Below, piece after piece: positions 1 to 7,948 of a stretch of 32,173 nt of DNA. Position 1 is the stretch's first letter. Each line of letters starts with the position of its first letter. Location of the stretch: NCBI GenBank assembly GCA_016215085.1, contig JACRMD010000258.1:1-32173 (forward strand). Direction: 5' to 3'. The notes under the pieces were generated by a model. That model saw nothing but the letters and a program-made list of their open reading frames with translations. It had not been told where the DNA came from and did not search any database. The stretch comes from Solirubrobacterales bacterium (lineage in GTDB: Bacteria; Actinomycetota; Thermoleophilia; Solirubrobacterales; Solirubrobacteraceae). A program made the translations under genes and the position numbers.

Positions 1-1030
1 CGCGCAGCACGAGGTCGTCGAGCAGCCGCTCGACCGCCGCGCAGAGCGCCAGCGGGTCGGGCTCGGCGAGCTCGACGGGCCCGCCGGCCCCGAAGGTCGC
101 GACCATCGACGGGCTCGCGACGTCCACGACCGGCAGCCCGCACGCGAGCATCTCGGTCGGCACGAGCGACGGGTTGGTCAGCGACAGCACCAGGCCGACC
201 GCGGCGCTCGCGTAGGCGTGGGCGAGCTGCGGCGGCTCGAGCACGCCGAGGTGGCGATGGGGGAAGGGCGTGGCGACCTCGCGCGCCTCGCCGAACAGCG
301 CGATCTCGACGTCCGGCCGGCGGCGGTGCAGCTCGGTCATCGCCAGCAGCGCGAGCGGCACGGCGCGCCGCGGCGTCACCGCGCGGCCGTAGACGAGCAC
401 GAGGTCGTCGCGGCGGTGCGTGGGCAGCGGGCGGTAGTGCTCGTGCGCGACGCCGAGGTCGAACGGGCTGGCGCTCGCGCCGTACTGGTCGCGCACGAGG
501 TCGGCGAGCCACGGCGACGCGCAGATGCAGTGCAGCCCCTGGCCGTAGGTCCACGCCGCCCACAGCCGCTCGGCCGACGTCCCGTAGAACTCGGGCTCGT
601 GGTCCTGGACGAGGTAGGCGCGCGCCTTCGCGGTCGCGCGCAGCGCGGCGGGGACCGTCTGCCACCCGGTGGCGACCACGACGTCGCTCGGCGGCGGGCT
701 GCCGACGCGCGTGCGCGCCGCGACCGGCCCGAAGAACTGCGGGAAGAGCTTGTCGACGTCCTCGCCCTCGTGGCGGCCCTCCTCGTCCTCGACCCACAGC
801 GACAGGCGGTGGCCGCGCGCCTCCAGGCCGCGGACGAGGTCGGCGATCGTGTGGTGGCCGCCCGACCCGCGGCGGAACTGCGGGATGACGATCGCGATGT
901 CGAGGTCGGCCGCGTCGGGGTTCGCGCCGGGGGCGAGCGGCGCCGGGCCGTCGCGCAGCACGTCGAGCAGCGCCGGCGGCGTGCGGACGCGCAGCGGGCC
1001 GGCCGGGCGGCGACGGCCGAGCGGGCTCAC
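1..1030 (-). CDS. WsaF-like GT4 glycosyltransferase (putative rhamnosyltransferase), 3' end runs off the window
   Basis: Not in the ORF track; translated by hand from GTG at 1030, which overlaps the upstream TGA (GTGA). Motifs IPQFRRGSGGHHTI, VVATGWQT, YLVQDHEPEFY, YGRAVTPRRA and SLTNPSLVPTEMLACG are typical of WsaF-type GT-B enzymes. Confidence 0.85.
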   Translation of the reverse strand, partial: MSPLGRRRPAGPLRVRTPPALLDVLRDGPAPLAPGANPDAADLDIAIVIPQFRRGSGGHHTIADLVRGLEARGHRLSLWVEDEEGRHEGEDVDKLFPQFFGPVAARTRVGSPPPSDVVVATGWQTVPAALRATAKARAYLVQDHEPEFYGTSAERLWAAWTYGQGLHCICASPWLADLVRDQYGASASPFDLGVAHEHYRPLPTHRRDDLVLVYGRAVTPRRAVPLALLAMTELHRRRPDVEIALFGEAREVATPFPHRHLGVLEPPQLAHAYASAAVGLVLSLTNPSLVPTEMLACGLPVVDVASPSMVATFGAGGPVELAEPDPLALCAAVERLLDDLVLR

Positions 1031-2268
1031 GAGCCGGGACCGAGCAGCTTCTGCTTCGCCGGCCGCGCGACGCGGAGCGCCAGCCGCACCGGCCTGGACG
1101 CCTTCGCCCGCCGGTAGTGGCGGATGCCCGGCAGCGCCTTGATGCGCTCGAGCTGGCGGACCTGGCGCTGCAGGTCGCGGCGCTCGACCATGAAGAGCCG
1201 CTGCTGCTCGGTGCCCGAGCGCAGGTCGCCCAGCAGCCGCGCGACGTGCGCGTACGGGCTGGGCGGCGGCGCGCCGGCGATCGCCTGCAGCGCGGCCGCC
1301 ATCTCGGCGCCGGCGTCCTCCCACGACGGCCAGGCCCGCGCGGTGGCCAGCGCGCCCTCGCGCAGCCGCAGCAGCAGCTCGCGGTCCTTGGCGAGCAGGT
1401 CGAGCTGGCGGGCGGTGCCGCGCAGGTCGTCCCAGTCGACGACGAGCGCGTTGACGCCGTGCTCGATGTACATCTCGCTGCCGGTGACCTCGGTCGTCAC
1501 GCAGGTGGCGCCGCGGTGGAAGCCCTCCAGCGGCGGACCGTACATGCCCTCCACGCGCGAGAGCTTGAGCACCACGTCGGCCTCGCCGTAGAGCGCGGCC
1601 ATCTCGCTCGAGGGCACCGGGCCGAGCACGCGGTCGGCGCCCGTGGCGTCCAGGCCGGTGCGGTCGGGCGCGACGACCGTGAGGTGGTGGGGCTCGGCCA
1701 TGTCGCGGGTCGCGGCGATCGCGTCGTTGACGCCCTTGAACCACGTCGACGCGTAGCCCTCGACGAGGATGCGCAGCGGGCCGTCGTGCTCGGGCACCGC
1801 GTCGACCGCCGGGAAGACGTCCTTGTCGATGCCGTTGCGCACGAGGTGGCAGGTGGCGTCGGGGCGCAGGTCGGCGATCGCCTCCTGGATCCACGTCGCC
1901 TCGGTGACGAACGCCACCGGCAGGTCGAGCGTGATCGCCGCGGCCAGCCGGTCGGGCTCGTCGGGACGGTAGAAGCGGTCCTCCAGCGACTGCACGAACG
2001 CGACGTGGCGCCCGCCGCGCAGCTGGAACGCCGCGTAGGCGGTCTCCCACCACGTGTGGACCACGAGGTCGAACTCGCGCTCGCGGGCGTCGTCGAGGGA
2101 GAGGACGTGCAGCTGGGCGAGCTCCTGCCAGTGCGGGTCCTCCTGCTCGCGGGCGAGCACGAGGCTGACGTCCATGCCGTGCCGCGTCGCGAGCTGGCGC
2201 GCGTGCTGCACGACGACCCCGACGCCGCCCGACAGCTGGAGGTCGTTGACGACGAAGGCGACCTGCAA
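1027..2268 (-). CDS. GT4 family glycosyltransferase
   Basis: 413-aa ORF with TTG start; N-terminal LSGGVGVV, VRNGID, FKGV and the GT4 E-x7-E motif (EGMYGPPLE). Confidence 0.85.
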   Translation of the reverse strand: MQVAFVVNDLQLSGGVGVVVQHARQLATRHGMDVSLVLAREQEDPHWQELAQLHVLSLDDAREREFDLVVHTWWETAYAAFQLRGGRHVAFVQSLEDRFYRPDEPDRLAAAITLDLPVAFVTEATWIQEAIADLRPDATCHLVRNGIDKDVFPAVDAVPEHDGPLRILVEGYASTWFKGVNDAIAATRDMAEPHHLTVVAPDRTGLDATGADRVLGPVPSSEMAALYGEADVVLKLSRVEGMYGPPLEGFHRGATCVTTEVTGSEMYIEHGVNALVVDWDDLRGTARQLDLLAKDRELLLRLREGALATARAWPSWEDAGAEMAAALQAIAGAPPPSPYAHVARLLGDLRSGTEQQRLFMVERRDLQRQVRQLERIKALPGIRHYRRAKASRPVRLALRVARPAKQKLLGPGS

Positions 2269-2294
2269 GACGGCCGCTACTGTACCCGCCGCCC
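2269..2294. promoter_or_regulatory. Putative bidirectional promoter with overlapping -10 hexamers
   Basis: 26-bp divergent gap with TACTGT on + (2278-2283) and TACAGT on - (2279-2284), 10-11 nt from the start codons; no Shine-Dalgarno sequence. Confidence 0.55.
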
Positions 2295-3218
2295 ATGCGC
2301 GTCGCCTTCGTCGGCCAGTCCACGTTCTTCGAGGCCTGCGCGCTGGAGGACGGCGCGTCGGCGTGGACGGCCACCTTCGTGGAGTTCCGCAAGGACGGCG
2401 ACGCGGGCGCGCTGCGCCGCGCGCTGGCGGACTTCGGTCCCGACGCGGTCGTCGTCTTCCGGCCCGAGGTCGTCCCCGCCGGTCTGCTCGCCGACCTCGA
2501 CGCGCCGACGCTCGGCTTCCTCACCGAGCCGCTGCCGCGCCACGGCGGCGTCGTCGCGCACGACGACCTCGAGCGCCGCCTGTGGGAGCTCGGCCTCGTC
2601 GACGGCGCCCAGTTCGACCGCATCGTGAGCTTCGACCCGCACATCGCGCGCACCGCCGACGCGGTCCTGCCGGTGTGGCGCAGCGCGCCCTTGCCGGTCG
2701 CCGACCGCTACTACGCGCCGGTGCCCGCGCGCTCCGGGCCGCCGTCGCCGCTGTTCGTCGGCCGCTCGACGCCGCACCGCGAGGCGTTCCTGGCCCGCGC
2801 CAAGCACCACTACGACGTCCTGCACCTCGCCTTCGGCGTCGACGCCGACGGGCTGGAGGAGGTCATGGCCCAGCACGACGTCGGCATCAACGTCCACAAC
2901 AACCCGTACCCGTCGTTCGAGAACCGCGTCTGCCTGCACCTCGCCGCCGCGCACCTCGTGCTCAGCGAGCCGCTGGACCCGACGCACGGGCTCGAGCCGG
3001 GCATCGACTTCCTCGAGGTCCACAACGCCGGCCAGCTCGAGCTGGCGCTGTGGAACCTGCACCGCCACCCCGGCCTGCACCACCGCATCCGCGTCCGCGG
3101 GCGCCGCAAGGCCGAGCAGTTCCGCGCCTCGCGCGTCTGGCCACGTCTGCTGACCGACCTCCTGGCGGAGGTCCGGGCGCATGGCGGCCGCCGCTCGCGG
3201 GCAACGTCCGCGGTGTGA
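2295..3218 (+). CDS. GT-B fold glycosyltransferase-like protein (CgeB/Glyco_trans_1_2-like C-terminus), paralog 1 of 3
   Basis: 307-aa ORF; motifs VVVFRPE, GFLTEPLP, FDRIVSFDP and INVHNNPYPSFENRVCLHLAAAHLVLSEPL are shared with 21794-22708 and 23790-24701. Confidence 0.7.
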   Translation: MRVAFVGQSTFFEACALEDGASAWTATFVEFRKDGDAGALRRALADFGPDAVVVFRPEVVPAGLLADLDAPTLGFLTEPLPRHGGVVAHDDLERRLWELGLVDGAQFDRIVSFDPHIARTADAVLPVWRSAPLPVADRYYAPVPARSGPPSPLFVGRSTPHREAFLARAKHHYDVLHLAFGVDADGLEEVMAQHDVGINVHNNPYPSFENRVCLHLAAAHLVLSEPLDPTHGLEPGIDFLEVHNAGQLELALWNLHRHPGLHHRIRVRGRRKAEQFRASRVWPRLLTDLLAEVRAHGGRRSRATSAV

Positions 3219-4478
3219 CGCCCGCCGACGTCCTGCGGCTCCGCGGCGCCCGTGTCTTCGTCGCGGGCGACGCGCTGCTGGACGTCTACCTGCAGGGCGA
3301 CGTCTCGCGGATCTCCCCGGAGGCGCCGGTGCCGGTGCTGCTGGAGACGGCGTCGCGCCACGTCCTCGGCGGCGCCGCGAACGTCGCGGCCAACGTGGCC
3401 GCGCTGGGCGGCGCCGCGACGCTGGCGGCGCGCGTCGGCGACGACCCCGAGGGCGACGCGCTGCGCGCGCTGTGCGACGAGCGCGGGATCGCGCTCGAGC
3501 TCGTGCGGGAGGCGGGGATCCCGACGCCGCGCAAGACCCGCGTCGTGGCGGGCTTCCAGCAGCTCGCCCGCCTGGATCGCGAGGTCGCCGCGCCGCTGCG
3601 CGCCCACGACCGGGTCCTGGCGGCCTTCGACGCCTGGGCGCCCGGCGGCGGGACGCTCGTGCTCGCCGACTACGCCAAGGGCGTGCTGCCCGAGGAGCTG
3701 ACGCGGGAGCTCATCGCCCGCGCCCGGGCCGCCGGCGTGCCCGTCGTCGTCGACCCCAAGGCGGCCGACCTCTCGCGCTACGCCGGCGCAACCGCGATCA
3801 AGCCCAACCGCGCCGAGGCCGAGCACCCTGCGCTCGCGGGCGCTGCAGGTCGCCGACGTCTCCGGCGCGGGCGACACGCTCGTCGCGGTCACCGCGATGG
3901 GACTCGCGGCCGGCCTCGAGCTCTGCCGCGCGGTCGAGCTCGGCAACGCGGCGGCCGGCGCGGTCTGCGCGAAGCCCGGGACCGCGACGCTGACGCCCGC
4001 CGAGCTGCTCGACGCGGTCCACGGCCGCCCGAAGGTCCTCGGGGACCGGACGGCGGCGGCGGAGATGGCCGCGCAGCTGCGGCGCGACGGGCGCCGGCTC
4101 GTGTTCGCCAACGGCTGCTTCGACCTCCTGCACGCCGGCCACGTGCGGCTGCTGCGCGAGGCGCGCACGCACGGCGACGCGCTGCTGGTGGCGCTGAACT
4201 CCGACGACGGCGTCCGGCGGCTGAAGGGGCCCGAGCGCCCGCGCCAGGCGCTCGCGGACCGCATGGAGGTGCTCGCGGCCCTCGAGTGCGTGGACTTCGT
4301 CTGCGGCTTCGACGAGGACACGCCCTACGAGCTGCTGGAGGCGGTGCGGCCCGACGTGTTGGTCAAAGGGGGCGACTACCGCCCCGAGGATGTCGTGGGG
4401 GCGGACCTCGCCGGCCGCGTGGTGATCGTGCCGCTGCTGGAGGGCCGCTCCACGACAGCGCTCCTCCGCGCGGTCTGA
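3215..4478 (+). pseudogene. hldE: Bifunctional heptose 7-phosphate kinase / heptose 1-phosphate nucleotidyltransferase, with internal deletion and frameshift near 3825
   Basis: GTG at 3215 gives VAGDALLDVYLQGDVSRISPEAPVPV, GGAANVA, DYAKG, VDPK, KPNRAE. The next frame continues [40 protein letters not shown] to TGA at 4478. Confidence 0.85.
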
Positions 4479-4494
4479 CAGCCTGTGGCGTCAC

Positions 4495-5058
4495 ATGCGA
4501 TTCGAGCGACTTGAGACCCGCCTGGACGGGCCGATCCTGCTCAGGCCGAAGGTGTTCGGCGACTAGCGCGGCTTCTTCTCCGAGACCTACCGGCGCAACG
4601 AGTACGCCGAGATGGGCATCGGCGAGGAGATGGTGCAGGACAACCACTCGCGCTCCAAGCGCGGGATCGTCCGCGGCATGCACTTCCAGATCGGCGAGGG
4701 CGCGGCGAAGCTCGTGCGCTGCGGCCGCGGGACGATCGTCGACATCATGGTGGACATCCGCCGCGGCTCGCCCACCTACGGCGAGTGGGAGGCCTTCGAG
4801 CTCTCCGACGAGAACCACCACGTCGTCTACTGTCCGGTCGGCTTCGCGCACGGGTTCTGCGTGCTGTCGGAGATCGCCGACGTCTTCTACAAGCAGTCCA
4901 ACTACTACTCCGACGAGGTCGAGCGCGGGATCTCCTACCTCGACCCCGACGTCGGGATCGAGTGGCCGCTGCCGGCCGAGGAGCTCATCCCGTCCGAGCG
5001 CGACCGCACGGCGCCGCTGCTGCGGGACGTCGCGGACGAGCTGCCGTTCACCTACTGA
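4495..5058 (+). pseudogene. rmlC: dTDP-4-dehydrorhamnose 3,5-epimerase-like (RmlC family) with in-frame TAG at codon 24
   Basis: ATG at 4495 reads MRFERLETRLDGPILLRPKVFGD*RGFFSETY, then QDNHSRS, RGMHFQ, DIRRGSPTYGEW, GFAHGF. TAG at 4564-4566 lies inside the conserved D-x-RGFF motif. Confidence 0.85.
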
Positions 5059-6071
5059 TGCGCCTGCTCGTCACCGGCGGGGCCGGCTTCGTCGGCTCCA
5101 ACGTCTGCCTCCAGCTCGCCGAGCGCCACCCCGACTGGGAGGTCGTCGCGCTCGACAACCTCTACCGGCGCGGGTCCGAGCTCAACCTGCCGCGCTTCCG
5201 GGCGGCCGGCGTGTCGTTCGTGCACGCCGACGTCCGCTCCAAGGAGGACTTCGCCGCCGTCGGCCCGTTCGACGCGATGGTCGAGTGCTCGGCCGAGCCG
5301 TCGGTGATGGCGGGCGGCGACGTGATCGTCCCGGTGAACCTGCTCGGCGCCTGGCACTGCTTCGAGGCCGCCGCCGCGCACGACGCGCACGTCATCTTCC
5401 TCTCGACGTCGCGCGTCTACCCGATCGCCGGGATCGAGGCGCTGCCCTACGAGGAGGCCGAGACGCGCTACGAGCTCGTCGACCGACCGGGCATCGCGGA
5501 GGACTTCCCGCTGGCCGGCGCGCGCACCATGTACGGCGCCTCCAAGCTGGCGGGCGAGTTCCTGCTGCAGGAGTACGGCTTCCCGTGGACGATCAACCGC
5601 TGCGGCGTCATCGCCGGGCCCTGGCAGATGGGCAAGGTCGACCAGGGCGTCTTCACGCACTGGGTGCTCTCGCACGTCTTCGACCGGCCGCTGAAGTACA
5701 TCGGCTACGGTGGGACCGGCAAGCAGGTGCGGGACCTGCTGCACGTCGACGACCTGGTCGACCTGGTGGAGCTCCAGCTCACGGAGCGCGAACGCTGGGC
5801 CGGTCAGACCTTCAACGTCGGCGGCGGCCGGGACGGTAGCCTGTCGCTGGTGGAGACCACGGCGATCTGCCGTGAGCTCACGGGCAACGACCTGCCGATC
5901 ACGGGGGAAGCCGCAACCCGGGCCGGTGACGTCCGTTGCTACTTGTCGGACTGCCGCGCGCTGTTCGCCCACACGGACTGGCGTCCGCGGAAGTCCCCGC
6001 GTGACGTCCTGCGCGACATCCACGTCTGGATCACGAACCACCAAGACCTCGTCCTCTCAGCTCTCGGATGA
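5058..6071 (+). CDS. NAD-dependent epimerase/dehydratase (extended SDR, CDP-paratose 2-epimerase-like)
   Basis: Real start is ATG 5058, overlapping the rmlC TGA (TGATG). Motifs [31 protein letters not shown]. Confidence 0.88.
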   Translation: MRLLVTGGAGFVGSNVCLQLAERHPDWEVVALDNLYRRGSELNLPRFRAAGVSFVHADVRSKEDFAAVGPFDAMVECSAEPSVMAGGDVIVPVNLLGAWHCFEAAAAHDAHVIFLSTSRVYPIAGIEALPYEEAETRYELVDRPGIAEDFPLAGARTMYGASKLAGEFLLQEYGFPWTINRCGVIAGPWQMGKVDQGVFTHWVLSHVFDRPLKYIGYGGTGKQVRDLLHVDDLVDLVELQLTERERWAGQTFNVGGGRDGSLSLVETTAICRELTGNDLPITGEAATRAGDVRCYLSDCRALFAHTDWRPRKSPRDVLRDIHVWITNHQDLVLSALG

Positions 6072-7138
6072 CCCCCACTGCCATCGTCACCGGTTCCGGC
6101 GGCCTCATTGGTTCGGAATCGGCCCGCTACTTCGTCGAGCAGGGCTACCGCGTCCTGGGCATCGACAACGACATGCGGGCCTACTTCTTCGGCCCCGAGG
6201 CGTCGACCGCCCACGTCAGCGACCAGCTGGCCTCGTCCCTGGACGGGTTCGAGCCGGTGCAGCTCGACATCCGCGACCGCGAGGGCGTCGAGGCGCTCTT
6301 CGCGCGCGAGAAGCCGTCCCTGGTCGTGCACTGCGCCGCGCAGCCGTCGCACGACTGGGCCGCGCGCGAGCCGCACACCGACTTCGGCGTCAACGCCGTC
6401 GGCACGCTGAACCTCCTGCAGGCCGCACGCGAGTCCTGCCCGGACGCGCCGTTCATCTTCACCTCGACCAACAAGGTCTACGGCGACCGGCCCAACTGGC
6501 TGCCGCTGGAGGAGACCGAGACACGCTGGGAGCTGCCCTCCGACCACGAGTGGTTCGGCGGCATCCCGATCGAGATGTCGATCGACGGGTGCACGCACTC
6601 CGTGTTCGGGGCCTCGAAGGTGGCGGCGGACATCATGGTCCAGGAGTACGGCCGCTACTTCGACATGCCGACGGTCTGCTTCCGCGGTGGCTGCCTGACC
6701 GGTCCGCAGCACGCGGGCGCGCAGCTGCACGGGTTCCTGGCCTACCTGATGAAGTGCACCGTGACGGGCGACCCGTACACGATCTTCGGGTACAAGGGCA
6801 AGCAGGTGCGCGACAACATCCACGCGGTCGACGTCGTGGCGGCGTTCCACGAGTTCGCCAAGGCGCCGAAGTCCGCGGCGGTCTACAACCTCGGCGGCGG
6901 GCGCAAGTCCAACGTCTCGATGCTCGAGGCGATCGCCAAGTGCCAGGAGATCGCCGGCCGCGAGCTCGACTACACGCTGTCGGACCAGGCCCGGATCGGC
7001 GACCACATGTGGTACGTCAGCGACTTCTCGTCCTTCGAGCGCGACTACCCGGGCTGGTCGCTGACGCACGGCATCGACGACGTGCTGCAGGACATCTACG
7101 CGACCAACGTCGAGCGCTGGACGGCGGCCGCCGCCTAG
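6068..7138 (+). CDS. NAD-dependent epimerase/dehydratase (CDP-paratose 2-epimerase/RfbE-like)
   Basis: [27 protein letters not shown] (F in place of the usual catalytic Y), GKQVRDNIH; ATGA overlap with the upstream gene. Confidence 0.88.
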   Translation: MTPTAIVTGSGGLIGSESARYFVEQGYRVLGIDNDMRAYFFGPEASTAHVSDQLASSLDGFEPVQLDIRDREGVEALFAREKPSLVVHCAAQPSHDWAAREPHTDFGVNAVGTLNLLQAARESCPDAPFIFTSTNKVYGDRPNWLPLEETETRWELPSDHEWFGGIPIEMSIDGCTHSVFGASKVAADIMVQEYGRYFDMPTVCFRGGCLTGPQHAGAQLHGFLAYLMKCTVTGDPYTIFGYKGKQVRDNIHAVDVVAAFHEFAKAPKSAAVYNLGGGRKSNVSMLEAIAKCQEIAGRELDYTLSDQARIGDHMWYVSDFSSFERDYPGWSLTHGIDDVLQDIYATNVERWTAAAA

Positions 7139-7145
7139 GGTTGCC

Positions 7146-7946
7146 ATGCGCCTGTCGGTCGTCATCCCCGCGCACAACGAGGAAGGCTCGATCGCCGAGA
7201 CCGTGCAGTCGCTGACCTCGCGGCTGCAGGAGGAGGAGATCGACTACGAGATCGTCTGCGTCGACGACGCGTCGGCCGATCGCACGGCCGAGATCATCGC
7301 CTCGCTGGCCGAGCAGGACCCCAACGTGCGCTACGTGCTCTCGCCGTACCGCAACGGGTTCGGGTTCGCGGTGCGCGCGGGGCTCGAGTCGTTCTCCGGC
7401 GACGCGGTGGCGATCATGATGGCCGACCTGTCGGACTCGCCTGACGACCTGGTCGCCTACTACCGGCTGCTGCAGGCCGGCTACGACTGCGCGTTCGGCT
7501 CGCGGTTCATGCCGGGCGGGGCGGTGCACGACTACCCGCGCTTCAAGCTGGTGATGAACCGGCTGGTCAACGCCGGCATCCGCCTGCTCTTCGGGCACGG
7601 CTACAACGACACGACCAACGCGTTCAAGGCCTACCGGCGCGAGGTCATCGACACGGTCCAGCCGCTGCTCTCGCACCACTTCAACCTGACGGTCGAGCTG
7701 CCGCTGAAGGCGATCGTGCGCGGCCACTCCTACGCGATCACCCCGATCTCGTGGACGAACCGCAAGACCGGGCAGTCCAAGCTCAAGCTCCAGGAGATGG
7801 GCTCGCGCTACGCGTTCATCGTCCTGATGGTCTTCCTCGAGCACCACCTCTCCCGAGGTGACTACCGCCGGCCGGACGCCGTGCCGACCACGGGGCGCTG
7901 GCGAGCGGGCTCGCCGGGCGTGCGCTCGCTGGAGCAGCACCGCTAG
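7146..7946 (+). CDS. GT2 polyprenyl-phosphate glycosyltransferase (DPM synthase-like)
   Basis: VVIPAHNEE, VDDASADRT, GFGFAVRAG, MADLSD, FGSRF, DTTNAFKAYRR. Confidence 0.85.
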   Translation: MRLSVVIPAHNEEGSIAETVQSLTSRLQEEEIDYEIVCVDDASADRTAEIIASLAEQDPNVRYVLSPYRNGFGFAVRAGLESFSGDAVAIMMADLSDSPDDLVAYYRLLQAGYDCAFGSRFMPGGAVHDYPRFKLVMNRLVNAGIRLLFGHGYNDTTNAFKAYRREVIDTVQPLLSHHFNLTVELPLKAIVRGHSYAITPISWTNRKTGQSKLKLQEMGSRYAFIVLMVFLEHHLSRGDYRRPDAVPTTGRWRAGSPGVRSLEQHR

Positions 7947-7948
7947 TC

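Noticed and set aside
3820-3835. Programmed ribosomal frameshift or slipped-strand switch in hldE
   Set aside because: The run is only CCC, and restoring the frame would still leave about 45-50 conserved codons missing.
4564-4566. TAG as pyrrolysine or a reassigned codon
   Set aside because: TAG terminates many genes in this window (for example at 7138, 7946, 10096, 19368, 31628), and no pyl genes are visible.
2054-5839. 1261-aa ORF
   Set aside because: Only 3215 to about 3825 (hldE kinase half) is protein-like. The rest is Arg/Pro/Gly-rich off-frame reading of real genes, as expected in high-GC DNA.
5820-6130. Patch with more A/T-ending codons at the junction of the two SDR genes
   Set aside because: Weak, short signal that I cannot distinguish from noise without computation.
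6374-6385. 12-nt match (cacaccgacttc) between the SDR gene and the rmlD foreign segment
   Set aside because: Too short and does not extend on either side; compatible with chance.
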